Positions 40,597 through 53,833 of a stretch of 64,000 bases of DNA are shown here, piece after piece. The DNA comes from Tubiluchus corallicola (taxonomy: Eukaryota > Animalia > Priapulida). The notes beneath the pieces are model-generated. The model made no database searches, was not told the DNA's origin, and worked only from the letters and a program-made list of their open reading frames with translations. The stretch is taken from positions 310,001 through 374,000 of the forward strand of contig JAQGDQ010000023.1 of NCBI GenBank assembly GCA_030141605.1, written 5' to 3'. The position numbers and the translations under genes are program-made. Positions within the stretch are counted from its first letter, which is position 1. Every line of letters starts with the position of its first letter.

Positions 40597-40864
40597 TACT
40601 TCATTGTCACCAGTAAGTTATATGTTTGTTTTACAAAGTTTGAAAGGACTCACAACCTTCCAATAAATGTAAAATCAAAAGTTTTTCATTTGCGTGTTGT
40701 TATAATCAGCTTAAATGTGAACCTTGTCTTTACAAACTGTTTCAGATGATGTTCAACTCTAATTTGCCTCAGAGGCTGAGCGTTTATCTTAGCTGCATGT
40801 TTCTATGTCAACATCATGCAACCATGTCTATAATAATGAAACTGTGTAAATGTGATCATCAACA

Positions 40865-40925
40865 ATGGCTGCTGTTGGTTGTCTACAGACTCCATACATG
40901 ATGGAAGATAGACACCAAATGTTTG
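40865..40925 (+). CDS. TRC8/RNF145-like membrane RING-H2 protein, probable coding exon 1
   Basis: aacaATGG context, upstream in-frame TGA, MAAVGCLQTPYMMEDRHQMF then gtatgc donor in phase 1; acceptor ttcag at 40745 implies an upstream UTR exon. Confidence 0.55.
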
Positions 40926-42405
40926 GTATGCCTTTATTACTTATTTGTTGTTTGTTATTTATAACATAAATAAGATTACACTGCCATCATCATGACAGTG
41001 GTTTTTTTCAACGTATTTAGGTTTTCAGTTAACTTGATGTTTTAATATTTTCCATTTTATAAGAGCAGATTTATTGATTGCTCTAAATAATAAGTATTGC
41101 ATTAGGTGGGTAAAGATAACAAGTAATCTAGAGCAAGTTGCAATAGAATTTTTTTCTTCAGGTTCTGTTAGAACGTGGTTTCAGATACCCTCAACAAAAA
41201 ATCGGTCAAAATTGGCTTTGACACTTTCAAGATATACCTATAAGCCCAAGATGATGCCTACTGGAGCCAAAAATTAGTTATATCTCCTAGGCCATCGAGG
41301 CTAGATGAAAAATATGTATTATCGACTGATAGGAAAGTACATGGTTTAATTACCAGTTCTATTTTAGGTCATTTGACTTAGATACTGTGGAGACATTATA
41401 CTGTCGTGCAGTGCCTGTCACCCGCCCACAGTTTGACTTAAGCCAGTTATACCCAAACTGTGTAGTTTAGCTTTGAGTTTTTTGGTATGGTGTAATTTTG
41501 GACAGGTGACATTCAAGGTTGAAAGTTATTTTGAGGGCATATCCAAGACAGTGACAAAAAGATAGAAATGTCAATAGTTGTACAGGATATAGTGGGTGAA
41601 TCCAAATCACCTTGATGCTAGTAATTAGGAGTGGCGTATCACTTCCTCCAGAATGACTCTTAGGCTGATGGCCTATAATGATATTGGGGACAAAAATTAC
41701 AGGTCAAAATCGCAAAAAAATTGAAAATATTAGTATGCTACTTATGATTATTATTGGAAAATGTATGTGGAAAATTTTCTGAAACAAAATTAGGATGTGA
41801 AATTTTTTTTACCTTGGGTCAAAGGTTATGGGGGACGCCCATGGGAAATTGCACCTCTTGTTACTCTGGTTGGATACAGCACGACATTTGTGTCAAGTTT
41901 CTGTCAACTACATGTGAAGGGCTAGAGTCCCAGCTCGTGATTTTGACACGATGAAGGCGTAACAGATTTTTTTGTTCACACATGTATGTTGTCTAGTATG
42001 GTCCAAACTTGTGCACTGTAGACCTATTTACTAGGTGACGTGAGTTTGTGACAGTTGCCTAGTTAATGGATTAAAGGAGGTACTGATGTTGATCTACAAA
42101 TGTTTACAAAACTCAAAAGAAGTGGAAAGTTTCCAAATAATTCTACATAGTGAATATGGATAGGTGTCACTTTTGTTGATTTTTGTTTGTTTTAACACTT
42201 GTTATTGATTATTTTGGGCTGAATGTTCCTGTAACTTGTGTGTTGAGTGTGATGTGGTGTGTAATGTCTGATAAGAGTGTAATGGGCTTATCTAGTTGGA
42301 AGAATTTTTAATCACCGATTATCAGTGATTATCAACGATTATCACAGTTTTGTCAGCAATGATTTACATCAATGTCTTGTTCATTGACACCACATTTTAT
42401 TTCAG

Positions 42406-42552
42406 CTTGTGTGGTGGCGTCCATGCTGTTGTTACCTTACCTAAACTTTGGCCCACTCTTGAACTACACATTTTACATTCTGTACACACTTCTGTTAGTT
42501 CCGATGCTGGTTTCGTATATCTCACCTTCATATGCAATCACTTTTATGTCTG
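42406..42552 (+). CDS. TRC8/RNF145-like protein, exon 2
   Basis: ttttatttcag / gtgagt; hydrophobic CVVASMLLLPYLNF...; 147 nt, phase 1-1. Confidence 0.68.
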
Positions 42553-43325
42553 GTGAGTGCTTTTCTTATTATTAATGAGTTCAGACCAATCAGAGACACC
42601 ATTGATTTTGTAAAAAATGGAAGAAGTGAAATTTTATCATTTATGCGATTGTAAATATTTTTGCTTTACCAATGACTTTTTTCTAATATGTAATTAAACA
42701 GAATGTTTTCACAAGTAATTAAAATTTTGCTATCTTATTTGTGATTACTTTATTGTAATGCAATTTTACAAAGAAAACTGTCTGCACAGTTATTGAGAAG
42801 TTATAATTATGCTAATCCTAATTATTCAAGAACTGCATGTGCTTATTCTGTTTTGAAATTTTTTTAAATACCCGTAAAGGTATACGGGTTTAGATGGATT
42901 GGAGTCCCAGGGTTCAAATCCTGGCTCAGAAATATTCACTGAGTTCCTTCCACATCAGTCATCAGAATTAGTATCTTTTCATGATGTAAAACTCATATTG
43001 TTAATAAAATGAAAGTTATTACATTGCAGCTTCTTATGTTGATTTTGTTTGACATTAGAAGCAAATTACACGAACTTCTGACATCAGCTACAAAAGCTGA
43101 TATTGACTTTATAAAGACTCATCGGTCATTTTGACTTCAAGAATCCCTTTAACAGCTGTAATTATAGTGCAGTAACTTAAAACTTCATCAATGCTATAAA
43201 AAGAGAAAATTGTAGTTCCTTGAAAAACATTAATTATCTGTCATTAAACCTAGAAGTAGTCTATTATGCTCCTGTAGATGTCTTATTCTAATCTCCCTTG
43301 ACATGCTTGTAATTCTCATTTTCAG

Positions 43326-43438
43326 GAATTTTTAGTGTGATTTGGAGTCTCCTTGGCAGTGTTATAGGGATTATTCGTTGGATCTTTGAGCAACGCATTT
43401 CTTCGTTTCAGCAAAATTTTGCTGCTTATCGCATTCAG
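43326..43438 (+). CDS. TRC8/RNF145-like protein, exon 3
   Basis: cattttcag / gtacag; IFSVIWSLLGSVIGIIRWIFEQ...; phase 1-0. Confidence 0.68.
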
Positions 43439-44261
43439 GTACAGTAATTGTTAGGCAAAAATGTGCACTGTGTCTGAACTGAACTAAGTGGTACACCACT
43501 TATTTTTTGTGTAGTGTGTTTCCAAGATGCAGGTGCTGTCTACATCTAAAAGGAATGGCGAAATAGGTGTAACCCAGCGTGAACGTGAAATTAAACTTCT
43601 GTGGTAATAATTCTTTCTTGTAAGGCCATTCTTAAAAAAATCATTTCCTTTCTTTCAATATTTTATACTATAGTTTGCACTATAATTTTAAATTGAAGCC
43701 TGTTTCCCTTTAGAGCATGAATCTAAAGTTGGACAGAAATGTCTTTGGCTGCCTCTTCAACTTATAAGCACACTATTGTTTTATTATAGAAGCACTTTAG
43801 TCAGTTTGTTTATTAAAATATTTGGTTTGGCAGATAACTGGTTTTCTTTTACATTAGGAGTTTGACAGCCTAGTTCTTGTATGACGAGATGACAACACTG
43901 TTTTAACATGAAAATGTCATTGCGGCTTGGAGCTAAGAAGAAACTAAGGTCGTGCTAAAAATACATATACAAATTGTGCACATCATAGAAATTGTATGCT
44001 TGCAGCTGTTTTTATACATACGAAACCGGTTTGTGGTATGTTGTAAACAAAAACGGTGTTGCCATCTGTTGAATGAGAAACTAACTAACTGCAAAATTTG
44101 AGAAAAGTGAGTATGTATGTGATACGTATGCATACACCAGTTAGTAAACAAGATTCAACGTTGAACAGATAAATGGTAAAAAGTATCCTAAGCATTGTTG
44201 TGTTAGGGAAATGTGTATTACATCATTAGGTTAGAACTTATGTAATTACATGTTTTTGCAG

Positions 44262-45011
44262 AATGTGACTGGTCAAGCTATATTCTGTCTGATGTGTGAG
44301 AAATGGTTATGCACAGACACGGTGCATCTGCACTGGATTCAATCTTTTTTCGTTTCAAAACTAGTCTGTAAAATGTGCTGCAGCCTTTTACCTCCCAGGA
44401 ACAACTCCATGCTTTTCCCGAGACTTCCAAAACAGTTTCTTTTGCATTATTTATTTTCATGTGGCATCGTTGTGTGTATTGTGGTTGTGCTTTGTATTCA
44501 CACTTACGTGAGTGCCACCTGCAGCAGTATTTACACAACGTTGATCTTAGTTTATTTTATTATTGACAGCGACGCGTTTTTAATTACTGCAACTGAACTA
44601 CTGGAGACGATGCATTTGGACTATCTAGAGGGCCTTGAAAAGTATTACTGTGCCGGTGCGTCAAAATTGTTATTGATTATTTTATCGCTTGTTGTAGCTG
44701 TAGCATTGTTAGCATACGATCAGCAAGTGGGACTAACATTTTTGTCACTGTTTTCTAACATTTATGTGACATACAGTGATTTAATGCACAATGTTTTCTG
44801 CGTGCTACAGTATGAAATGTGTCAGCTGCAGAAATTTCGTCATGCCACGCAGAAGGAACTGTTGAAGTTGAACGATGTTTGTGCCGTGTGCTTGCTCCCA
44901 ATGTCTTCTGCTCGCGTGTTACCTTGTAAGCACATTTTTCACGGTCGCTGTTTACGGCTGTGTTTGAAAGAGAAGAACAAGTGTCCACTGTGTAAGAGGC
45001 TCATTGATTAA
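44262..45011 (+). CDS. TRC8/RNF145-like protein, last exon with TM helices and RING-H2
   Basis: tttttgcag acceptor; ATQKELLKLNDVCAVC...PCKHIFHGRC...CPLC resembles RNF145 ATKEQLEKHNDICAIC...PCSHFFH; AATAAA at 45092. Confidence 0.88.
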   Translation, partial: NVTGQAIFCLMCEKWLCTDTVHLHWIQSFFVSKLVCKMCCSLLPPRNNSMLFPRLPKQFLLHYLFSCGIVVCIVVVLCIHTYVSATCSSIYTTLILVYFIIDSDAFLITATELLETMHLDYLEGLEKYYCAGASKLLLIILSLVVAVALLAYDQQVGLTFLSLFSNIYVTYSDLMHNVFCVLQYEMCQLQKFRHATQKELLKLNDVCAVCLLPMSSARVLPCKHIFHGRCLRLCLKEKNKCPLCKRLID

Positions 45012-45235
45012 AGCTGCATACCTTATTACCTGTAAAACCTGCAGATTTTGAAAACCTGCAAAGCCTCGTGTTCTACCTCATACTGGTGCTTAATAAACAA
45101 CTGTACTATATAAGACTGCTAAAGTATTTACACAGAATGGTAGCATACGACTTTTGGTTTTAACTTATTCATTTCCTTGCTTAATACATTTCCTCTAAAA
45201 AACTTAAGCTTCAGTTGTAAATACTTTGTTTAAAC

Positions 45236-45903
45236 TAGGGATGTTAACTATATTGATACGCGAACGATATCGATTCTCGTATCTATACGAAAAATTTGTT
45301 TTATCATTGTATTATCATTATTATTCTAGGAATATCATTATTGTGTCGAATTTGGCACATATCGCTGCTCACATTCATAAAATCGCTTCGCTTCACTTTT
45401 CTTTTCATAATCTATTTACAGTAATTATGCAAAGAAGTGGATAAAATGAATTATTTTCTTGTACTTCCGCTTGGCAATAACGGCTATCTTCATTCTGAAA
45501 CCGCTTTATATATCACTTTGATACTGACATGTGGATGTCAAATAAACTATACCATATTTTTAGTGTCACTTTCCTGGTCATGTGCAGATAGAGCTAGGAT
45601 AATATGTTTATCTGCCACAGCTTACTTATTTATGAATCATTATGACAAACAAACTTGTGTTTCATAACTAGCAGCCATTGAAGTATACAGTACTGAATGC
45701 ACTGAAGCACTTAATAATTTTAATTATTAATGATACTTTTCTGTTTTTGCACAAATTGTGTAATTTCAGTGTCGTTTCCATCGTTGAAAATATTTTATTG
45801 TATCATATCGTATTGTCTAAAAATAGTCCATCTAATGTCTTTGCCAAAAGTATCGCATTGTATCATTATCGCATCACCAAATTTGTATCGTCTAATATCC
45901 CTA
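45236..45903. mobile_element. hAT MITE, same family as 33572-34272, inverted
   Basis: TIRs tagggatgtta / taatatcccta; 8-bp TSD gtttaaac / gcttaaac; arms match reverse complement of the 33.6 kb copy. Confidence 0.85.
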
Positions 45904-47339
45904 GCTTAAACTTTAAAATATTGTGAATATGAAAGGTGACAGTTTTGTATTTATGATAAATCTACATAATTATTTTTACTATACAGCACCATGAGGTGCT
46001 TCAGTTGTACTGTATAAATGCTCAGAAGGTGCCTGTTTTTCCGTGTCATAATACATTATTACATTTTTGCCATGATGTGGCCTTTTTTCTACAAAATTAC
46101 TATGCAGCGTGCCTCTGCCAGAGTTTTTGGACTTCAAAAGAAGAACCAATTGTGCCTTTTCACACACAGGAAATTTGGAAGTGTTATTTAATCATGAGTC
46201 TTAGTGAGTGAATATTTTATTCTCAACAGCATTTGACTGTCAATAGTTTCAGCTAGTTACCAATGTTAAATGTGTTTCCCATGGCAATCTGTGCTATTGG
46301 TGCTAATATTTTTGCTGAATGCAGTAAGTCTTCGTACAAATATTAATTTAATTTTAAGTTTGTGTAAAAAGTAATACTCAAATATTTTTACAAATGTTCT
46401 GCAAAAGTCAAAAAATGAATATCGAAGAAACGCACAATTAAAAGTGAATGTACAGTATTAACAGTTTGTTGCTTTGAATAGTTCTTATAAATAGTTTTGT
46501 CAGCATTATCAATATACCTTGTTGTGGTTCTCAGTTATTGCAGGTGTAACAGCCAAACAGAGATTAATGATCACCAGAAATATGAAATTACAGGCAATTG
46601 TGATAGGGTATAGATTTTTAAAATCAGTCAAATTAACATAAATGAAATTGCGTTAGAATTATATAATATATTTTAATTATTTTATTTTTTCATATGTTAC
46701 AGAATTGAAAATTGTTAGTGATGTGTCGATTTAAGATTTGCAATAGAAAATTTTATATTATAAATAAAAGGATTGTTTTACCGAAACACATATAATACAT
46801 TTTTTATAATCATGAATTATTACAAGTGCAATTACAAGCCTAGTGTTTCTTTACGACTATTATCTTGTCAGTTTCACAGAAAACAATCAACCTAAGCTCT
46901 TGAGCAACATTCTTACATCGAGACGGGCATGGTTTTAGTTTTAAAGGCAGTATTATATAATTATTCAAAAAAACGTGACGTTTTCAATGTCCAAAGATGT
47001 ACAGCTACAGAAAGAAACTGACCCAGTATAACTGCAGTTCTGAGACGCTAGATCAGTGCTATATGTACAAGACAGACTCGTGCACATTGACATTAAATTA
47101 CCACATACATGTCAGCCTTGTCAGGCAACAATGAATAGTTCTTTAAAGTTTAAATGATACTGTAAACTAAATTTTTGTAGGGATGTTTTTCATTTTTTAT
47201 ATTGTTTACTTTCTGCATTTTTCATTAAGAAGCATTTAGAAAATATGTATACATGCTTAGAACACCATATGACTTACAATAAACTTACACAATTAACTTT
47301 ATTATAGCAGGTACAAATCTGCTAATCAACCAATTCGTG

Positions 47340-47468
47340 CTATGAATCTTCAGCTGCTTTATCTGCGTAATTTTCTGTTTTCATATCATTAAGTCCCAGG
47401 AGTTCATTCTGCTCAAATGTTCTTTCATAATGCTTAATTTCCAACTGCGGATCCGGGGCACACAAATT
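47340..47468 (-). CDS. ZPR1: Zinc finger protein ZPR1, last exon
   Basis: [34 protein letters not shown]...stop; ttttgtag acceptor; AATAAA at 47303-47298. Confidence 0.93.
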   Translation of the reverse strand, partial: NLCAPDPQLEIKHYERTFEQNELLGLNDMKTENYADKAAEDS

Positions 47469-48727
47469 CTACAAAATACGCAGTCTTAGTTATACATGCA
47501 AAAAAGATCACCACTTTGCCACTGCTTGAACTGAGAGTATATGGATACATTCATAAACAAATAGCTAAAAACATATGTTATGATGAAATTTGCTTATATT
47601 TTTTTCATAGAAATTTCAGCCTAAAAACTCTCCTTTAATATTTGTAAAATGTATGGCCAGCCAGAAATGATGTATAACCTAAAATACAATGAGAAATTAT
47701 GGTTTTTAAGTCACTGTCAAAGTACTGGTAGCAAAACTTGGCAAAGGCAGGAAATTATAACTTCAATGATATTTCTGACAATTTTTCCAATTTTCACTGC
47801 ATAGCAATAAATCACCTAACATTAAATTATTGATTGAAGCTTAGAATTTATCATAATTAATAATCACGGAAATGTGAATGTAAATAAAAAAATTTTGATA
47901 TTAATGTGGTCCCTACTCATTACAGCTTAAATTTAAAGCACAAGAAACCTTTCACTTGCATAAAGCTTAAAAATTTGTCTTGAAATTTTATACCACTTAC
48001 ATGTTGTCTTATTGCATATAGAGCTTGCGTTAGCACTGACACTGTACAAAACTTGAAATTCAAACTCCTGCGATAACAGTTTGGCACAGCCATTTTGACG
48101 ACAAGTCATTTGAAATAAGTTTAGATAATACACTGCATAAAATTTGAGAAAATATTCAGAGCATTTGTAACAAAATTTTGAATTGCTGGATCTTGACAAT
48201 AACACTAAAAACAGGTATTTTGGCGAGTAAGTGGTGCACCCTGGAAGGGACGTCAGTGACATTTTTGCCAATTGGTACGGACACTTAAATTATTAAGTAT
48301 TTTCTTTTCTAATTAACATAAGTCTTTCAAACAGGTAAATGAAATGCAAAGTAATATAACTTTGTGTGGCAAGTTTTTTGAGACATTGTTTAATATTGCG
48401 TTTATATTCCTCTGATTTACATTGTGCATAGGCAATGTCATGTAATGGCGTGGTCGGAACTGCATTGCGGAAGATATAAAATGAAACAAACAAAAATTCC
48501 TTTTAACACAAGTATGATATAGGCTCAGAATTGTTATAAACTAATATAATTTTTAAAGCGATTTTCTGAAACCTACATCAGGCACCATTTTTCTTGTTCT
48601 TTAAAATATTTGTAACAATTAAATTCATAATTTACAGGCTCCAAAAGCTGCTAATATGTTGCACAGGCCCCAGTTTCTGTGGCCACTGCCCAGGAATGCA
48701 AGGATTCTGAAAAAGAACTTTACAGTG

Positions 48728-48801
48728 CTTCCCCAGATGCCAAAACGGACAGGTTCCCCAGATGTCAAAACGGACAGCTTCCCCAGATGCCAAAACGGAC
48801 A
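48728..48801. repeat. 25-bp tandem repeat x3
   Basis: cttccccagatgccaaaacggacag. Confidence 0.9.
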
Positions 48802-48871
48802 ACCAGGAAAGTCCTGCCCCCAGAATTAACCGATATGCTTTACACAAATAAAGAAATTTTTATACACATAC

Positions 48872-49030
48872 CTGTATATAACTGTTGCCAGCAGGGTCAT
48901 CCAGTATAAAATGGACGTTTGTCTTCGTACCGGTAATCACTTCATCTAACCCACCAATGAAACATTTCAGCCTTTCATCAAATTCGGCATTAGCGCTATC
49001 ACCAAACGTAAAAGGATTGCTAGACTGCAA
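48872..49030 (-). CDS. ZPR1: ZPR1 exon
   Basis: LQSSNPFTFGDS...HFILDDPAGNSYIQ; ttgtttcag / gtatgt. Confidence 0.93.
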
Positions 49031-49564
49031 CTGAAACAAAAGTATGGGTAAGGAGTAAAGCAAAGAATAATCAAGATGGAATGACTTTTAAAGTACATGA
49101 TACATGCAATAATCCTAGACTGAAGATGAATATCTGACAAGATGCAACTGCAACAAAATGATTCTTGCAGAGAAAGATTTGGGGGTGAATGATTAGCTGA
49201 GTTGATAAGTGTGTGCTTGGCAATGATAGTTAAGCAGCGTTGAGCCTGGTTAAGCAAACTGATGCTTAATTGCCTTTAGAAGCGCTTATGCACAGTTTTA
49301 AGCTGTCTCCAGCAGGATGTTAAATACACTTCACACCAAAATATAACCCAGCGCCTGTACAAGTCCAGTATCATGTTTTAGAAGATAGTCCTACTGTGTT
49401 AAAATTCGATTATGCCATTCCACATTGCCCATAAAGTAGGCAAGGACTTAAGTGTTCAAATCAGCTTGCAGTGTGTCGAACAGCATAAAAAACAATATAC
49501 AGAACAAAGTATACTAAATTGCATGTAATTGGAGTAATTGTAAAATACCTCATAAACTTTGAAT

Positions 49565-49987
49565 AAGCCTTTTCACAGTTCCAGCAACTGATAATGATTG
49601 AGAAAAGGTCAAAGGTTAAGTGTACCAGACAACGCATTTATGTACACTTGACAACGTCTCGCAACCTATTCCGCTGTAATAATAACAGTTCTAACAGCTA
49701 GCTAGAACCATACCTAGTTCATTTTTCTTGTTCCCAAGCAAGGTCTTGCTAGTAAATTGCTCTACCCGTAGACTAATAAATAATTAAGTAAAGTCGACAT
49801 AAAACAACTGAAGCCACTGAACTGATGTGGCAGATGACATTGCTTTAATAAATTCTAAATATTAAATATTATTATTATTATACTACCCACATGTCACGTG
49901 ACGGTTGCAGTTAAGATGCTTTACTGTGGTACACTTAACCTTTGACCTATAGCAAGTGTGCATGCACACAAAACTGCGAAAAGGCTT
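49565..49987. mobile_element. MITE copy A in ZPR1 intron (possibly PIF/Harbinger)
   Basis: TIRs aagccttttcacagtt / aactgcgaaaaggctt; internal inverted aggtcaaaggttaagtgtacca / tggtacacttaacctttgacct. Confidence 0.75.
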
Positions 49988-50334
49988 AGTGCTACAGTGC
50001 ATGCAACATGAGTAATCATAAAATGAAAAGATTAAGCTGGAAAATTGTGCATCACCACCCATCTACCTATTATAAAAGAAATAAAAGCAATGGGGCATAT
50101 AAAGTTGATATAAAATCAACCCTTAGAACTCGCATTCAAACTGATCGTTGAAGCAAAAAATGACTAGAATTTTAGGCCTATAAAGTTAACTTATGGATAG
50201 CGAAAATTCCACTTGTCAGATTAAGCCCAGCTTTAGTTCTTTTAATGCATCAAAAGACATAACCAAAATCCTGTAAATACAGGCTAATATAAACATCAAC
50301 TTTCTGTAGGTAGAGAAGAAGAAAGAAAATTTAC

Positions 50335-50445
50335 CTGTTCCTTAACATTCATCAACAAACCCTCAACAGTAGTGAACTTGCCTCCCAAAGTTCCCATTGA
50401 TAGCTCCAGCTGCAGTTCAGGTACCTCCAAAGCACATGTGTCTGA
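50335..50445 (-). CDS. ZPR1: ZPR1 exon
   Basis: [31 protein letters not shown]...; ttacag / gtaaat; 111 nt. Confidence 0.93.
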
Positions 50446-50973
50446 CTGTAAGCAAATCACTTTTATTACTAATGTGACATTGTAATTTAATGCTTCACAC
50501 TGCATAGCTGAATTTCTAAACAAGCAATAGTTAAATGCGTTCAATTACGCATAGTTTCTTCACAACAAAAATAATGTACGTAAAGATTTGGAGATTTTTT
50601 AAATAGCTATAGATTTACCCAATGTGATAAATTTTGTTTTCACTAACATAATGTTTGCACATTAGTATGAAACAGTCTACATCAAAGATTGCAAATGATA
50701 AATAATAAATGAACAATGAGTTTTATTAACAGTCACACTACAGCAGTAATAAACTGAATATAAGGTTTGAATGTAATGAAATAAAGAAGACAAAAAAGTG
50801 ATTAAATACTAAAACATAAATTATTTAGGAAATATTGTCTATAAAAAAGCATTGAAAAATTGTTGTCACAAAGTACTGTGATAAAGACAGTAAAACAGTT
50901 ATAAAACAATTGTGACAATAAATTTGTTTAATATAATTTTTAAAAATTGGTGCTTCTAGTTATAGTCTTAATA

Positions 50974-51294
50974 AGCCTTTTCACAGTTCCAGCAATTGAT
51001 GATGATTGTGAAAAGGTCAAAGGTTAAGTGTACCAGGCAACGCATTTATGTACACTTGACAACGCCTCGCAGCCTATGATACATGTCGTAATAGTAACAG
51101 TTTTAACAGCTTTAACAGTTTTAACAACAGAATTTCACCCAGTTTATTTTTTTCTTGTTCCCAAGCAAGATGCTACTAGTAAATCGATCTATGCACAGAC
51201 TAATGACAGTTGTAGTTAAGCGGCATTGCTGTGGTACACTTAACCTTTGATCTATAGCAACAGCGCGTGTGCACGACAAAACTGTGGAACGGCT
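50974..51294. mobile_element. MITE copy B, same family as 49565-49987, internally shorter
   Basis: Near-identical first ~100 bp and matching right arm. Confidence 0.75.
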
Positions 51295-51619
51295 ATTACG
51301 ACAGGCATTGCTGAATGTTTGTAGCATTCTATTCAAATTTTAGGCATAAGTGATTTATTAGAATTGTGATTAATTTGGTTGTTCACACTAACCTGTAAAA
51401 AGGAAGCAAGTGTCTATTGTTAGAAGCAAAAGTACAAATTAATTTTTGCCTACGATTTTCTAGACTAATGAAGTTAAATTTATGTAAAGCATCATCATAA
51501 AAAATAAAATCTTTGTCAATCATTTTTTAATTTTTTCAGTAATGGTATATGACTCATATGTGAATTTCATTTATGGATGAACTAAAAAAACCTACTCCAA
51601 AATGATTGTAAGAACCTAC

Positions 51620-51780
51620 TTTCAAAACATCACGTGTTAAGTCAACCGGGTTTTTCAAAAGCAACGATATTCGTGAACCACGAGGTGAAATTCCGGCTCC
51701 AGATTTCACTTCATTCGTTCGATGCCCACATGCCTCACAGTTGGTTGCCATGACGATGACTTCCTTAAAATGTGGAATAG
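51620..51780 (-). CDS. ZPR1: ZPR1 exon (second zinc finger, C-terminal half)
   Basis: [27 protein letters not shown]...TRDVLK; ttttgcag / gtaggt. Confidence 0.95.
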
Positions 51781-52235
51781 CTGCAAAATAAAAAAATCCT
51801 GAACAACAGCACAAAGTTAATATGTGTTTCAGGTATATGTTGTCATTAAAAATAATACAGTACATTATTAGGACTGCGATCCCCATTAGCGATGTTTCTC
51901 TGACAAACATAAAGTAGAGTAAATTTTAAAATATAGCTGTTTATTCATTCAACAGGCGCTTCGTCTGAAGTAGCATAGAATTAAATATTTGTTTGTTCAT
52001 GTGAGGGTGAAGGCAGTGCTTATTAAAAAGTGTTTCACAAGACATCATTATATCTGCATCTCATATTTTTGATGAATATAGGACTCAAAATGATATTTAG
52101 TTATGCTAAACAAAATAAAAATGAATAATAAAGTACATCAACTGTATTGCATTATACGCATGACGCATGTCATGTTCACTAATTACACAAAATATATTAA
52201 ATGATACTATGGATTTAATTTAAAGGCATACAAAC

Positions 52236-52302
52236 CTACAACTTTCATGTGCGTTTCAGCTGGCGCATTGCAGCTTGGACAGTTTGTTTGAAAGTTCAAT
52301 AC
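52236..52302 (-). CDS. ZPR1: ZPR1 exon (second zinc finger, N-terminal half); upstream exons not in window
   Basis: [22 protein letters not shown]; ctttatag / gtttgt; phase 1 fits next exon. Confidence 0.9.
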
Positions 52303-53390
52303 CTATAAAGAAAGTCAAGAAACTTCCAATGAATTTTATTTGAAGTGCAATACATATTCATTAAGCACACAAAAAATGCATGTTCCATTAAAAAAAATTG
52401 CATTGATTCATTTATCGATAATTCACGATTAGACATTCACGATAATTTTTTTGAACAACGTTTTTTGCCAGTCCTCGATGCTATGCCTTTTTTAATTTTG
52501 TGTCTATGAGCTACATAGCAAAAGAAATTGCCTATTAAACTTCAAACAGCAGTTTTGCATTGGCAATAATGTTGTTATAATTTCAAATTTCATTGAAGGT
52601 TTTTAACACATTAAAAGAAAATTGCATCTATTACAAAGTCTCACTTCTCATACGATATAATGTAAACCCACTTGAATTCATTCAAACTGAGCACTTTAAT
52701 AAGGCTTGTTAAGTTGGTAAGTCATTTATTACCTATGGTTGACCTACAGAAACGGCATCTCATTTGATTTTTGCAACGTAATCTTGTAAGAAGACAGTTT
52801 TATTCATTTTTATAATTCTTGATTAATCAAGAATAATGTACTTTTTGATGCTGCTACACGGCATCCTTTGTGAACTTAAGTAAGTCAGTATATTTGTCTT
52901 GAATCATTGTCTTCATTAACACGATATAGCACCTCACTCGAGGGAAGGGTTCGAAAGCTTTGCTCTTCCCTTCTACTCACAACATTCATTGCTATTTTTT
53001 ATATTGAAGTTTGCTGAAACATCAATTTGCAAAAAAGTAATAGTTATTATTTTATGTTTCTGTTTTATTCAAAGTGGTAATATGCAAGTGACTGTTGTGA
53101 AAATAAAATTATCTAAATCTTCCTAAAATGTGATAATAAATATTTCATTTATGACATCTGATCCAGGTGTTACAAGTACATCATAGCTATCTGACAATTC
53201 TGTTTCACTAAAGGAGCAGTGACACATAACAGCTGTGACCTGTACATAATATATAGATTCTTTATACCATTAGCAAAGCTATTTATGCAGCACTGGCAAT
53301 AGAAGACACATATTTCAAACACTACAGGACTATGATGTGCAGTTGTTGTGTGTGATATACAAAACAAACAATTTCTCATATCTGTTAAAA

Positions 53391-53833
53391 ATGCATTGGG
53401 CGATCATAATACTAATCTTTGGCATTTTCTGGATAAAGGCACTAGCTCAAAATATCCCTGTCAACATGGCATTAGGTCGCCCAATCACGGCGGAGGTCAC
53501 ATGCGGATTAGATGGTCCAGAAGAATTCTATCGTCACTTTGAAGTCTTGCAAGCCGAATCACTACGTGTTGTGGAAGTATGTGACGCTGCATCACGCTTT
53601 CAGTCTCATCCACCCCGATTCATGGTTGACGGAGATCGCAACACATTTTGGCAAAGTGCTTCAAGATCTCGACTCCGTGAAAGAGGATTTTCCCGACCAG
53701 GACCAGAATCTGTTATTCAAATTGACCTAGAGCAAGAATTTCGCGTGAAAGAAATAATAATAAAAATGTATGATTCCAAACGTCCAGGGCGTCTGACAGT
53801 AGAAAAAACTGTTGATAATGGGAGACGATTCAG
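53391..53833 (+). CDS. Laminin alpha-like chain, exon 1 (signal peptide + LN start)
   Basis: MHWAIIILIFGIFWIKALA; NMALGRPITAEVTCG, HPPRFMVDG..TFWQS, IDLEQEF, RP..L.VEKT.D.G; cag/gtaaga donor. Confidence 0.92.

Noticed and set aside
42348-42556. Alternative frame MSAMIYINVLF... for RING gene exon 2
   Set aside because: Hits TAG in exon 3; the acceptor at 42405 keeps the frame open and has a better pyrimidine tract
52221-52235. Possible U12-type donor (GTATGCCTTT) in ZPR1
   Set aside because: Does not match GTATCCTT, gives the wrong phase, and no TCCTTAAC branch site precedes the acceptor
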